From: an uncultured Pseudomonadales bacterium
Lineage (GTDB): Bacteria; Patescibacteriota; Microgenomatia; UBA1400; PJMF01
Assembly: GCA_964583795.1 (NCBI GenBank)
Contig: CAZOWX010000005.1
Coordinates: forward strand, 861 to 64,860
DNA length: 64,000 nt
Direction: 5' to 3'
The stretch's first letter is position 1; every line of letters starts with the position of its first letter. Both the position numbers and the translations under genes were made by a program. Shown piece after piece: positions 50,586 through 60,988 of the stretch. The notes beneath the pieces were generated by a model. The model did not search any database. It worked only from the letters and a program-made list of their open reading frames with translations, and was not told where the DNA came from.

Positions 50586-51068
50586 ATGACAATTTCACAA
50601 TTTACTCATTCATTAATCAACAATCCCGACCAGATAGTCAAAATCAAAGGTTCAAGTAAAAAAATTTTGGGCTTCGCTGAGTTTTGCACCGTGAACTTGG
50701 GAGATGCGAATTATTTTAAGATTGCTTTCGATGATCATACTTCTTTGCTGATTATCCCCAATGATGAACTCGTGTTTTATACCGATGAGCCAATTAAACA
50801 ATTTGCCGAAATTCCTGATGCTGACATTGGCAATAAAAAAATGATTTCTTTTCGTGGCAAACAATATCAATTAGAAAACAAAAATGATTATCAGTACGTC
50901 ATTCGATTGATTAAAGGTGACTACCAAAGTATTGAGGGTGAAGTGAAGTTCTCAGATTACATGAGTACCGATGGGAGTGACGATATGCTCAGTCTTGGAT
51001 GGATTGTTCGAACAGGTGAGAGGGCAGATTTGAATCCCAAATTAATCGCTTTAGAAGATATTGCTTAA
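50586..51068 (+). CDS. Hypothetical protein (DUF4178-like C-terminus)
   Basis: True start probably ATG 50586; EGEVKFSDY..MLSLGW. Confidence 0.65.
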   Translation: MTISQFTHSLINNPDQIVKIKGSSKKILGFAEFCTVNLGDANYFKIAFDDHTSLLIIPNDELVFYTDEPIKQFAEIPDADIGNKKMISFRGKQYQLENKNDYQYVIRLIKGDYQSIEGEVKFSDYMSTDGSDDMLSLGWIVRTGERADLNPKLIALEDIA

Positions 51069-51158
51069 GATTAATAATGAATACCTTGAAGTGAAACTTT
51101 TACCCGGTTCGAGAGAAAATCAGAAATTCATATAGAAATATCATGTTAAAATCAGACA

Positions 51159-51653
51159 ATGTCTTCCACTAGAATTAAACAAAGAATAGCAATCACCAAA
51201 CGCAATCATACTATATATCGAATCATTCAAATCACAGCTTTTCCTTCCGCTTTTGTGTTTGGTTCAATTAATGGCTTTCTTTTTGTATTTGCACTCAGTT
51301 TCCTATTTAAGGGAATAACAAATATTAAAAATAGAACTGACTACGAAGTAGCCAAGCTATACACCTATTTTTGGACAGGTACTCCCGCTAAACATCGTGG
51401 AATGATCAATCTCATACACAGCGGAACAATCCTGTCCATTATTCCACTCACTTTTATGATTCCATTGGACAACAAGTGGTTAAATTTGTATGTGGTGACA
51501 ATCGGAGGTCTTTTACTTCTTGCTTATATCTGGTTTTCAATAATTAGTTGGAATGACTTTGACAAATACCATTCAAGGAAATTTCGTTATCAATTTTTAG
51601 TGAATCTGGCCTACTCCAAAGGTAGAAAAGTAAGAAAGTTGCTGAAAAAATAA
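51159..51653 (+). CDS. Hypothetical membrane protein
   Basis: 3-4 TM helices; TAAAAT 6 nt before ATG. Confidence 0.65.
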   Translation: MSSTRIKQRIAITKRNHTIYRIIQITAFPSAFVFGSINGFLFVFALSFLFKGITNIKNRTDYEVAKLYTYFWTGTPAKHRGMINLIHSGTILSIIPLTFMIPLDNKWLNLYVVTIGGLLLLAYIWFSIISWNDFDKYHSRKFRYQFLVNLAYSKGRKVRKLLKK

Positions 51654-51680
51654 TTACTTATTCAATAAATTATCATAAAT

Positions 51681-52268
51681 ATGACCAAAAACTTTTACTT
51701 GGTCCGTCATGCTCAATACGATAACCCACTAAAGATTCTTGCTGGTCGATTACCAGTCACGTTATCTGAACTCGGAATTGGTCAAGCAAAGAAGCTGAGT
51801 GAATTCTTTTTTGATAAAAAAATTGAACTCATCTATTCAAGTCCTGTTAAACGCTGCCAACAAACAAGTGAAATTATTGCTAACACTGTGATTCCTATTG
51901 AGTATGATGTCCGTTTGGCAGAAACATTTTCGCCATACCAAGGGTATTGGGAACTTGATTGGTCACATTTCTATGGACATCATGAAGAACTCGGGGGCGA
52001 GTCCCCGCAGGATATCTCACTGAGAATGATGGACTTTTGGCAGAGTATTGTGAAGAAGGACGAGAAAAATTGCATTATTTGCTCGCATGGCGATCCACTG
52101 TACCTTCTTTTTGCTCAGCTGACTGGGCTTACCATCCCTTCAATTAAAGAAATTACTAGCATTCTTGGTGATGAGTATCAACCAACAGGATCGGTGAGAA
52201 AAATCGTGGTGGAAGGTGATGATGTCAGAACTGAAAACGTTGTAACTTTCACAGAAACTGCTTATTAA
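51681..52268 (+). CDS. Histidine phosphatase (PGAM) family protein
   Basis: LVRHAQ, SSPVKRCQQT, RLAE, GES, SHGDP. Confidence 0.92.
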   Translation: MTKNFYLVRHAQYDNPLKILAGRLPVTLSELGIGQAKKLSEFFFDKKIELIYSSPVKRCQQTSEIIANTVIPIEYDVRLAETFSPYQGYWELDWSHFYGHHEELGGESPQDISLRMMDFWQSIVKKDEKNCIICSHGDPLYLLFAQLTGLTIPSIKEITSILGDEYQPTGSVRKIVVEGDDVRTENVVTFTETAY

Positions 52269-52307
52269 GCAAATCAAATTGGTTCAGATCCCTGCTACAA
52301 TACTCTC

Positions 52308-53303
52308 ATGTCAACTCAACCACTCCCAGGAAATCTCTTAGAGCGACTTGGTCTCAAAATTGGCCATTATACTGATAAAAAAAATCTAACAGGTTTAACT
52401 GCTTTTATCGCCGAAAACGGCGCTGATATTGGGATCGATATTCGAGGTTCAAACACCGGAACATTTAATACTCCTGCTTTTGCACCAAAAGCATCAGGAA
52501 ACACTGTCCACGCAGTAGTATTAACAGGCGGAAGTACCTTTGGACTAGCATCGGCAACAGGAATCATGGAAGAGTTATCAGCTAAAGAAATCGGAAACAA
52601 AACTAGAGCGGCCTTTATCCCAGGAACAACTGGAGCGGTGATTTATGATATTGCAGTTGGTACGAATACTCATCCAGGAGCGAACGAAGGCAAGCAGGCA
52701 GTTCATAACGCAACTGACCAGTTACCTCATCAAGGTAACGTTGGTGTTGGTACTGGAGCAACTGTTGGTAAATGGTGGAAAGGCAAAAAAATGAAGGGTG
52801 GGTTTGGTATTGGCGTGGCCTACTTGCCTCAAGATATTATTGTTGCAGCGTTTAGTGTCACCAATTGTCTTGGTGATATTCTCAATCCAAAGACGGGTCA
52901 ATTTTATTCAGAAACTGGGAAACAGGATGCGATACATTCATCATTTGGCGATTCACTTGAGCACCTCGTAGGCACTATGGATCTTTCTGGGAACACGACT
53001 TTAACTGTTGTAGCCACGAACGTCAGTTTAGGAAAAGAGCAGTTAATGAAAGTAGCGGAGTTTACTCATGACGGGTATGCACGAGCTATCCATCCGATTC
53101 ATACCAATATGGACGGCGATATTGTCTTTGCCATATCTTCTCGCAGTGGTGAGAGAAAAACATTTCCCAAGATGAATTCACTCACTTTAGTTGACTTTAT
53201 TGGTATGGGAGCTCAAGAAGCTGTGATACAAGCAATCAACAGCAGTATAAAACACGCCGAAAGTATTGAAGGATTCCCAAGCATAAAAATGATTACATAC
53301 TAA
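52308..53303 (+). CDS. Peptidase S58 (DmpA/P1) family
   Basis: VLTGGSTFGL, GNVGVGTGATVGK, GNTTLTVVATN, IHPIHTNMDGDIVFA. Confidence 0.92.
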   Translation: MSTQPLPGNLLERLGLKIGHYTDKKNLTGLTAFIAENGADIGIDIRGSNTGTFNTPAFAPKASGNTVHAVVLTGGSTFGLASATGIMEELSAKEIGNKTRAAFIPGTTGAVIYDIAVGTNTHPGANEGKQAVHNATDQLPHQGNVGVGTGATVGKWWKGKKMKGGFGIGVAYLPQDIIVAAFSVTNCLGDILNPKTGQFYSETGKQDAIHSSFGDSLEHLVGTMDLSGNTTLTVVATNVSLGKEQLMKVAEFTHDGYARAIHPIHTNMDGDIVFAISSRSGERKTFPKMNSLTLVDFIGMGAQEAVIQAINSSIKHAESIEGFPSIKMITY

Positions 53304-53351
53304 TTCACACTTTCTCAAACTAAAGCAAGACAATTTTGCTACAATACCCTC

Positions 53352-53969
53352 ATGCAATTCATTATTCTCCACGGCACGTTTGGCTCAAGAGATGGCAACT
53401 GGTTTCCGTGGTTAGATAGTGAGCTAAAAAAACTTGGACAGAGTGTCATACGACCACAATTTCCGGTTGATAATTATGAAGAAGTGAAAGCATCTATTGA
53501 AAAAACTGGAAGTTACAATCACCCGAAGCAGAATCTTGCGAGTTGGCAGAAAACATTTGAACAACAAGTCGTTCCCCAACTCAATCATGAGCCACTTGTT
53601 GTCGTAGCACACTCAATCGCTCCCGCCTTTGTTTTATCTGCAGTGACTGAGTTTAATCTACAACTTGACTGCGCCATCTTTATAGCCCCATTTATCCAAG
53701 ATATTGATCAGCCCGAATTTGATCCAATCAATAGAGATTTTTACAAGCGTAAATTTGATTTTGAAACAGTAAATAAAAGAATTCCTGATTCCTATTCTTT
53801 ATATAGTGACACCGACCCTTACGTTCCTAACTCATTATCGTTTCACTTCGCAAAACAATTGGATAGTCAGACTATCCTAGTTCGGGAAGCACATCATATG
53901 GGCAGTGTTTTCAAAGAATTCCCACTAGTTCTAGAACTGTGTAAAACACGAATCGGATTTGGGAAGTGA
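53352..53969 (+). CDS. YdeN/RBBP9-like alpha/beta hydrolase
   Basis: ILHG..NWFPWL, AHSIAP, SDTDPYVP, AHH. Confidence 0.9.
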   Translation: MQFIILHGTFGSRDGNWFPWLDSELKKLGQSVIRPQFPVDNYEEVKASIEKTGSYNHPKQNLASWQKTFEQQVVPQLNHEPLVVVAHSIAPAFVLSAVTEFNLQLDCAIFIAPFIQDIDQPEFDPINRDFYKRKFDFETVNKRIPDSYSLYSDTDPYVPNSLSFHFAKQLDSQTILVREAHHMGSVFKEFPLVLELCKTRIGFGK

Positions 53970-54058
53970 AAACTGCAAAAAACTTGAGCAGTTGCTGACA
54001 CACTGAACAATATCAATTGGTATTGATCGGCATCATCAACAGTTTTCTAAATGTAAAT

Positions 54059-54529
54059 ATGACACCTACACCTCTTCTTCCACTCTTTTATGACCTTTGG
54101 TACACCCTGGATCCGATTGGACGATTGCGTCGCAGTGGTGCAAAAATTGGAAACAATGTTTTCTTTGGACTGCATACGTTTGTTGAGTTAGAAAATGCTC
54201 GTTTGCTGATAATTGAAGATAATGCTGTGATTAGTGCTCATTCCAAAATTATTCTGCATGACTCGTCTTTATCACGCATCGCGAGCGTTAAACCTCGATA
54301 TGGGTCAGTCATTTTGCAAAAAAATTGCTACATTGGAGCGAACACAACGATCTTGTATGGGAGTGACATTGGAGAAAATACGATTGTCGGAGCAAATTCT
54401 CTGGTAAAAGGGAAACTGGAACCCAATAGTGTGTATGTCGGCCAACCAGTTAAGAGACTGTGTTCAATTGATGAGTTACAAAAGCGCTGGGAAACCGAAT
54501 ACATCATCAAAAACAAAAATAAAGAGTAA
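54059..54529 (+). CDS. Hexapeptide-repeat acyltransferase
   Basis: GAKIGNNV, CYIGANTTIL, IGENTIVGANSLV. Confidence 0.9.
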   Translation: MTPTPLLPLFYDLWYTLDPIGRLRRSGAKIGNNVFFGLHTFVELENARLLIIEDNAVISAHSKIILHDSSLSRIASVKPRYGSVILQKNCYIGANTTILYGSDIGENTIVGANSLVKGKLEPNSVYVGQPVKRLCSIDELQKRWETEYIIKNKNKE

Positions 54530-54585
54530 AAGTCTTGTTTGAATTTGGGATTTAATTTTCTGGCAAAGATTCCACATGGTTCTAA

Positions 54586-54664
54586 AGTCAGATCCTCGAT
54601 CTCGATGACTTCACTTGGTCCGCCCAGGGAGGACCAGGTTCATTCATCGCGTCAAGGATGACAC
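54586..54664. repeat. REP-like palindrome with nested insertions
   Basis: agtcagatcctcgatctcgat-[insert]-atcgcgtcaaggatgacac; inverted partner at 56467. Confidence 0.8.
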
Positions 54665-54779
54665 ACTTTATATTTAGTCATAAAATTCAAATTAGAATTT
54701 GAAACTGGGAATTTACTTCTTAAATTCCTCATCTCCATGTCATCTTCAGTTCAGAATTACCTGTTACAATGCAGTTTAC

Positions 54780-56426
54780 ATGACTCAAAAACAAGCCCTA
54801 CTCATCCTCAAAACTGGCGTTAATGTTTTTTTGACTGGAGAGCCTGGCAGTGGAAAAACGTTTGTCATCAATCAATACATTCGTTATCTCAGACGCCATA
54901 AACTCAAAGTTGCCGTCACGGCTTCCACTGGTATTGCTGCTACTCATATTAATGGCACCACTATTCACTCTTGGAGTGGTATTGGTGTGCGAAAATCCCT
55001 CACTGATCGCGACTTTTCCTGGCTGTTTACCAAACGCCAAGTCGTAAAACGTATCGAAAACACGCATGTGCTGATCATCGATGAAATATCTATGTTGGAT
55101 GCGAAAACACTTTCTCTCATCGACCAAGTACTCAAAAAAGTGCGTCGCAACTTAGTAGCATTTGGTGGCATCCAAGTAGTCTTTGTCGGAGACTTTTTTC
55201 AACTGCCACCAGTATCTACAGGAAACGCTCAGAGCTCATTCGCATTTGAATCAATGGCTTGGGTCGAGGCAAAGCCAGTAGTCTGCTATCTTTCGGAGCA
55301 ACACCGTCAGCTCGATACCGGCTTTACTCAGCTGCTTGGCTCTATTCGCAGTGGAACTGAACTGGAAAGCACTTACTCAATCTTAACAAGAAAACAAGTC
55401 GATGAAGTTTCAGATGACTGCACACAACTCTATACACATAATGCCGATGTTGACCTCCTCAATGAAAAAAAACTCGCCAAGTTACCGGGTAAGATCTATG
55501 AATTTCCGATGAGTACTCATGGTCGAAAACAGATAGTCGAACAACTCAAAAAAGGTTGTCTTTCTCCGGAGATTCTCACGTTAAAAGTTGGAGCAAAAGT
55601 GATGTTTACCAAAAATAATTTTGAAGTTGGTTTCGTCAACGGAACTTTGGGAGAAGTGATCGATGTTAAAGATTCGCTGCCAATTGTGCTCACGAGCGAA
55701 CATCGAGAAATTGCAGTCAAACCGATGGACTGGGTGATCGAAGAAAACGATAAGATCAAAGCCAGTATCACTCAAATCCCTTTGCGACTTGCATGGGCAA
55801 TTACTGTGCACAAAAGTCAAGGAATGACGCTTGATGAAGCTGTCATCGACCTTTCCGATGCCTTTGAGTACGGGCAAGGATATGTAGCGATTTCTCGGGT
55901 CAAATCACTTCAAGGATTATCCTTATTGGGAATCAACCAACGGGCACTGGAAACTCATCCTATCATTCAAAAACACGATCACTTTTTCAAACTCCGCTCA
56001 CAAAAAGCTGCCCAACTTGCCACTCAGTACACTTCTGATGAGTTTCGTCAAAAACATCATGACTTTATTCTACGTTGTGGTGGTAGTTTAAAAAAAGTAA
56101 CAGAAAAAGTGAAAAGTGAAAAATCAACGTATGAACAAACGTTTGAGTTATTCAAGAAAGGCTTATCACTTGCTCAAATTGCAAAACAACGAAATCTTAA
56201 ACAAGGGACAATCATCACACACATTGAAAGATTATACGAACAAGAATTGATATCAGCTCAGGAAGTCGGGACACTCATTCCCCAAAAACTGGCCAAGAAA
56301 CTTTCAGAAATTACATGTGTTTTTCATGAAAAAGGCACCCAACACCTTGCCCCGGTTTTTGAACATCTCAAGGGAAAGTACTCCTATGATGAACTGAGGC
56401 TCGTGCGGATGACAATGGTTGAGTAA
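54780..56426 (+). CDS. PIF1-like SF1B helicase with C-terminal HTH
   Basis: TGEPGSGKT, ASTGIAA, DEISM, GDFFQLPPV, AITVHKSQGMTLD, GQGYVAISR; IAKQRNLKQGTIITH. Confidence 0.93.
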   Translation: MTQKQALLILKTGVNVFLTGEPGSGKTFVINQYIRYLRRHKLKVAVTASTGIAATHINGTTIHSWSGIGVRKSLTDRDFSWLFTKRQVVKRIENTHVLIIDEISMLDAKTLSLIDQVLKKVRRNLVAFGGIQVVFVGDFFQLPPVSTGNAQSSFAFESMAWVEAKPVVCYLSEQHRQLDTGFTQLLGSIRSGTELESTYSILTRKQVDEVSDDCTQLYTHNADVDLLNEKKLAKLPGKIYEFPMSTHGRKQIVEQLKKGCLSPEILTLKVGAKVMFTKNNFEVGFVNGTLGEVIDVKDSLPIVLTSEHREIAVKPMDWVIEENDKIKASITQIPLRLAWAITVHKSQGMTLDEAVIDLSDAFEYGQGYVAISRVKSLQGLSLLGINQRALETHPIIQKHDHFFKLRSQKAAQLATQYTSDEFRQKHHDFILRCGGSLKKVTEKVKSEKSTYEQTFELFKKGLSLAQIAKQRNLKQGTIITHIERLYEQELISAQEVGTLIPQKLAKKLSEITCVFHEKGTQHLAPVFEHLKGKYSYDELRLVRMTMVE

Positions 56427-56466
56427 TTTTTTTACTCAAATAATCATTTTCAATTGCTCCCTAGTG

Positions 56467-56519
56467 GTGTCATCCTTGACCCGATCCGCCCAGGCCGGAT
56501 CGAGATCGAGGGTCTGACT
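56467..56519. repeat. REP-like palindrome (inverted copy of the 54586 element)
   Basis: gtgtcatccttgacccgat-ccgcccaggccgg-atcgagatcgagggtctgact. Confidence 0.8.
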
Positions 56520-56581
56520 CAAAAAAACTTTTCTTTACATGTGAGTTTTTTATTTTCTGTTAAATTGCAATAAATCTTGCT

Positions 56582-57349
56582 CTAAGTCATGGTTCGCAGA
56601 TGTGAGTACTTTAAAGTATTTTTCACAAACTGTTTCGCCTCATCATTTTTCACATAAATCGCACTCACTTGTCGACTGAGCAGGCGCAGTACAGTTTTTC
56701 CCAAAATTCCAATTGGAGGCGCAGCGATACACCACACTTTTTTTTCAGAAACCACTGCTCTCTTTAGAAAACTCAACAAATCAGTACAAACAATAATTTT
56801 TTCACCACCCAACTCTTCAATCATTTTTATTTCCGGATGCCATCCGTGACCATAAATCACGATTACGGGTTTCCTCTTCTGCTGCTTTTTTAATTCAAAT
56901 CGATAGTTGGTATCCTCAATATCAGCAGACATCAACTGAAAACCAATCCTGTCCGCGAGTTCTTGCATCAGATCAGGTGTGTACCCATACTTATGTGCTC
57001 CCCACACTCCAGATTTTGTTGTATCCCCATACAAAAACAACATCATGATATCTGGTTGATCTGCAAACTTTTTAACAATTTGAAAAACACTGGGAACACG
57101 AATCAGCAAAGTACCACCGAACTCTAACACTCGATAGCATTCTCGCAAAACATTCTGGGCCGATTCAATAATCACGTGTTCCAGAACGTCTTGCAAAACA
57201 ATTACTGTTGCTTCACCATCTTTAAAAGGAAGTGGCTTGGTCACATCACATACCTTGTCGGGTTTACATTTTGGATCAATATCAAGATTCAGATACCCTT
57301 CCCGTTTGTCGTATCCACAACCTAAGTTCAGCTTAAGTTTCTTTTTCAT
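56582..57349 (-). CDS. Class I SAM-dependent methyltransferase-domain protein
   Basis: LNLGCG..GYLNLD..PLPF..DVLEH..RVLEFGGTLLIRVP. Confidence 0.85.
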   Translation of the reverse strand: MKKKLKLNLGCGYDKREGYLNLDIDPKCKPDKVCDVTKPLPFKDGEATVIVLQDVLEHVIIESAQNVLRECYRVLEFGGTLLIRVPSVFQIVKKFADQPDIMMLFLYGDTTKSGVWGAHKYGYTPDLMQELADRIGFQLMSADIEDTNYRFELKKQQKRKPVIVIYGHGWHPEIKMIEELGGEKIIVCTDLLSFLKRAVVSEKKVWCIAAPPIGILGKTVLRLLSRQVSAIYVKNDEAKQFVKNTLKYSHLRTMT

Positions 57350-57461
57350 CGTGGACGTATCATAACATTGAACACCACTTCCTCACATCAAAAACTGCTT
57401 GGCTTACCAAAATTCGCTTCGGCATTAACTGTACTTTTTTAATCCGTGCTAAGATTACTGT

Positions 57462-58133
57462 ATGCACATTCAAAAACTCTACGGGATAGATGGGGCTAAG
57501 CGTGCCACAGATCTGACTGTTGTTATCGATATTTTTCGCGCTGGCACCACAGCAGCCTATCTCTTAAGTAAAAATATCAATAAAATCCTTCCAGTGGGAA
57601 CAAAAGAGGAAGCCTTTTATTATAAAGAGCAACACCCCGATTGGTTACTGATCGGTGAAGAGCGGGGCATAAAAATTGAAGGCTTTGAGTTTGGTAACTC
57701 GCCATATGAAATCAGTCAATTAAACTCTGTTGATGGGAAAAATGTTATTCTCAGAAGCTCACACGGCACTCAAGGCATTATTGAAGCCAAACAAGCAAAT
57801 GAAATCGTCTTTGGCAGCTTTGCCACTTGTGAAGCAGTCACAAAATACGCGATGAAAAGTAATCAAAACCTTTCAATCGTCGCAATGGATGGCGAAGGCA
57901 GTGAAGATGAGCTGTTTGCTGATTACTTGATTGCCAAGATTGAACACAAAACACCAAAAAACATTGACGAAATTATTCATTTTATGAAACATCATCCCGG
58001 CGGCTGGCGATTTTTAGATCCGAATAATAATGAGTTCCCACAGCAAGATTTTTATTTATGCTTGTCACTCGATACATTTGACTTTGTGCCTGTGGTGAAA
58101 GATGGATTTATTCAAAAAGTGAGCCATCCATAA
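57462..58133 (+). CDS. comB: 2-phosphosulfolactate phosphatase family
   Basis: VVIDIFRAGTT, GEERG..GFEFGNSP, SSHGT, ED. Confidence 0.88.
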   Translation: MHIQKLYGIDGAKRATDLTVVIDIFRAGTTAAYLLSKNINKILPVGTKEEAFYYKEQHPDWLLIGEERGIKIEGFEFGNSPYEISQLNSVDGKNVILRSSHGTQGIIEAKQANEIVFGSFATCEAVTKYAMKSNQNLSIVAMDGEGSEDELFADYLIAKIEHKTPKNIDEIIHFMKHHPGGWRFLDPNNNEFPQQDFYLCLSLDTFDFVPVVKDGFIQKVSHP

Positions 58134-58567
58134 TGCAAAAAGGCCTTGACTACACCGGTATCTCTATCGTTTTTTTCTGTCATAACGGTAAGGGAAAGTA
58201 CTTGCTCAGTAAACGATCCACAAACTGTCGCGACGAACATGGTCGTTGGGATCCAGGAGGTGGTGCACTCGAATTCGATGCTAGTATTGATGAAACACTC
58301 AGAAGAGAAATTAAAGAAGAGTACTGTGCTGATGTGATTGAGTATGAGCACTTTGGTTTTCTCGACGTTCATCGCACCCTGAATGGAAAACCAACACATT
58401 GGGTCGCACTACTGTATAAAGTTCTCGTTGATCCAAAACAAGTTCGCAATGGAGAACCACATAAATTCGACGCGATTGATTGGTTTTCACTTGACGAACT
58501 ACCAACACCCCTCCACTCTCAGTTTCCAGCAGTATTAAAAAAGTACAGCAAACAACTTGTTCAATAA
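58133..58567 (+). CDS. NUDIX hydrolase
   Basis: GGGALEFDASIDETLRREIKEEY Nudix box. Confidence 0.92.
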   Translation: MQKGLDYTGISIVFFCHNGKGKYLLSKRSTNCRDEHGRWDPGGGALEFDASIDETLRREIKEEYCADVIEYEHFGFLDVHRTLNGKPTHWVALLYKVLVDPKQVRNGEPHKFDAIDWFSLDELPTPLHSQFPAVLKKYSKQLVQ

Positions 58568-58621
58568 AAGAACAACTTCACAACAACAAAGAGGCCACCT
58601 CGACTACGATGCTACATACAC

Positions 58622-59374
58622 TTATTGTTTACTAAACTCAAATGACATCAAAATTTCGTCGATAGCACTTTGATGCACAGTGTTTTTTTCTCTCGTGACT
58701 GTCAAAGAAAAATACGTTTTTGAATCTGGAGATTTAAAAAAGATAGTTTTAATTTCGGCAGGATACCCATAGCCATCGTAATTTCCAGACAACGTTGTTG
58801 CTGCAACTCCAGCAAAAGTTGAAGGACTCTTATCGTCAACAGTAAAAAAAGTATTTTTCGCAGTGCGATCAAACAACCAATCGTCGTAACTCGGAAATGC
58901 TTGATTTTGAGGGCCATCGGTTTCGACAGTGATATAGGTCTTTGCTTCTAACGGTGAGTTATAAGTACTAGGATACAAAAGAATACCCCTCGAGCTGGGG
59001 GACAAATCAAATGCTGGGGGACCCGGTTCAACAGATTTGGCAGTCCAATCATCGGGATAGGAAATCTGATAGTTTGCATAGGTACTTATGTACGTCTGTT
59101 TACTTTTTTCAGGAACTTGGGTAAAGGATGGAGTAACAGTACCATGAGTTGGTGTTGGTTGTTCAACTTTTTGAGGTAGTGTCGTTTTTTGGGGCACTCG
59201 TGTAACGAATAAATAAGCCGTGCTCATACTCAAGATCACTATGACAAAGATAAGAACCATTATTGTCCAAGTATTTGAACTTCGATTTGAAGGAATTGGA
59301 TTAGAATCAGACACAATCCCTCGAGGATCAGATTGCATAACTGGTGTTGTTGACTGAGGAGTGGTTGTTTCCAT
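58622..59374 (-). CDS. Membrane-anchored PsbP-like protein
   Basis: TM helix, Pro/Thr linker, YQISYPDDW..IDEILMSFEF. Confidence 0.8.
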   Translation of the reverse strand: METTTPQSTTPVMQSDPRGIVSDSNPIPSNRSSNTWTIMVLIFVIVILSMSTAYLFVTRVPQKTTLPQKVEQPTPTHGTVTPSFTQVPEKSKQTYISTYANYQISYPDDWTAKSVEPGPPAFDLSPSSRGILLYPSTYNSPLEAKTYITVETDGPQNQAFPSYDDWLFDRTAKNTFFTVDDKSPSTFAGVAATTLSGNYDGYGYPAEIKTIFFKSPDSKTYFSLTVTREKNTVHQSAIDEILMSFEFSKQ

Positions 59375-59404
59375 AAGTAAATTATATCGCATGGAAACTG
59401 GAGT

Positions 59405-59632
59405 TTACAGCGCCTCAAACTCCTGTTGCTTTTGGGCAAACCATTGATTCATTGCTTCTGGATTTTTCATTAGCTCCTTCATTTCTTCCATTTTGGCTAA
59501 ATGATCGGCATCACCTTTTTGAGCCATTTCCATCGCGTGTTGTTTGCTCAATTCACCCATCTCCGAAAAAGTATCAGCATGAAATTCCACATCACATGCA
59601 CCACCAAGTTGTTTACAAGTCATTGTTTTCAT
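59405..59632 (-). CDS. DUF1059 family small metal-binding protein
   Basis: MKTMTCKQLGGACD.EF.A.TF.EM..SKQH. Confidence 0.85.
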   Translation of the reverse strand: MKTMTCKQLGGACDVEFHADTFSEMGELSKQHAMEMAQKGDADHLAKMEEMKELMKNPEAMNQWFAQKQQEFEAL

Positions 59633-59701
59633 ATTCACCTCATTTTAGAAAGTAATGACACTATTGTGACAAATAAAAACTCGCAACAACAGAATTCTTG
59701 T

Positions 59702-60082
59702 TCAATGACTAGTATTTTTTGACCTTCTCTCGGAAAAAAGTAACAGTGCACCAGCAATAAAAGGAGGCAAAAATAAGAGTACTTCAACAATTACAATTGT
59801 GATGGGATCAAATGGAGCAGTAAAAACATACCAAATGCCCAACAACGCACTACTACTTACCAACAACATACCTGCCCATTTTGGCTTTTTGATTGCTAGC
59901 ACTGCTAATACCACTATCGGTACAAGCTGAGCTAAATGTGATAAACCAGAAAGATCTCCGCTGAGAACTTCACCAAACGTGAATAACAACAAAAATCCTG
60001 CCGGAATGCTTAATATGCCATAGGCAATGCGTCTGGCAATTTGAGGTGCGAAAATCTTTTTTAACATGATATTCGTTATCAC
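59702..60082 (-). CDS. Small 4-TM membrane protein
   Basis: Hydrophobic throughout. Confidence 0.7.
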   Translation of the reverse strand: MITNIMLKKIFAPQIARRIAYGILSIPAGFLLLFTFGEVLSGDLSGLSHLAQLVPIVVLAVLAIKKPKWAGMLLVSSSALLGIWYVFTAPFDPITIVIVEVLLFLPPFIAGALLLFSERRSKNTSH

Positions 60083-60164
60083 CTTTAAGTATAGTCCATT
60101 TCATTACAGTGAGCGAATACTAGAGGTGTAGACTCTGTATGCATTCGTAGTGTACGATAAATTC

Positions 60165-60812
60165 ATGCACAAAAAAATGTTTACTTTCTTGTTTGCTTGT
60201 TTCGTTTATTTCACATTTTTTGGCAAAGTATCTGCCGATATTCCCAACCCAGAATTTTTCACAAAACATTGTAATCGATTTGAATTAGAGGTTCAGTGTT
60301 CATACAGCAGTGATTCTTCGAATTTGAATTGTATGTTTTATCGACAAAATCCCAACTTTCGGTTTCTTACAGCCGATGGACATGTGTCAGTCACAAAAGA
60401 TGGCCCCGTGTCTTCTGGAACTGAAAAGTACTGTTTTAAGGTTAGTTCGCTCCAAGCTTGGATACAGTATGAAATGACTAAAGTAATACCGAGCATTTTT
60501 CTCACAATATTAATTGAAATCCCTTTATTTATCGTCTTCATTTCAAAAAAGAGAAGACCTATTGCCATCGTAACACTGCTCAATATTATCTCAGTCACAG
60601 CTCTTCACTTGATCCTTGCTAGCGTTTCAACAACTAGTATTCCACTGATTCTCCTTCTCGAAATTGGCGTTATTGTGTTTGAAATCTGGGGAGTTCTTAC
60701 TTTCGCAAAAGTTGGAAAACCAAAGCAAATCACCCTATTCGTTATCGGAGCAAACATCGCTTCGGCTGTGCTGGGAACGTTGTTGTTGGCTTTCTTAAAC
60801 CGAATCGTTTAG
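60165..60812 (+). CDS. Membrane protein with Cys-containing extracellular loop
   Basis: Signal-like N-terminus (VSADIP), 4 Cys, LTILIE..E.GV..FE..ANIAS TM pattern. Confidence 0.7.
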   Translation: MHKKMFTFLFACFVYFTFFGKVSADIPNPEFFTKHCNRFELEVQCSYSSDSSNLNCMFYRQNPNFRFLTADGHVSVTKDGPVSSGTEKYCFKVSSLQAWIQYEMTKVIPSIFLTILIEIPLFIVFISKKRRPIAIVTLLNIISVTALHLILASVSTTSIPLILLLEIGVIVFEIWGVLTFAKVGKPKQITLFVIGANIASAVLGTLLLAFLNRIV

Positions 60813-60988
60813 AAAAATAAAATGGTCATCCTAGTTTTTATATTTAAATATAATCTCTCAAAAAACTTTGTGTGCACTACCGGTAACAGGTTGAGGTGAA
60901 ATGCAATCAAGTTTTTTGTGATATTATAGACAAACATTGTAATCACATAACAAAATATAGTACAGTTTATTTGATAAAGGATCTGACT

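Noticed and set aside
26918-57381. acaccacttc 10-mer in two intergenic regions; tactccttcac at 3079 and 26280
   Set aside because: Too short, with no extended similarity
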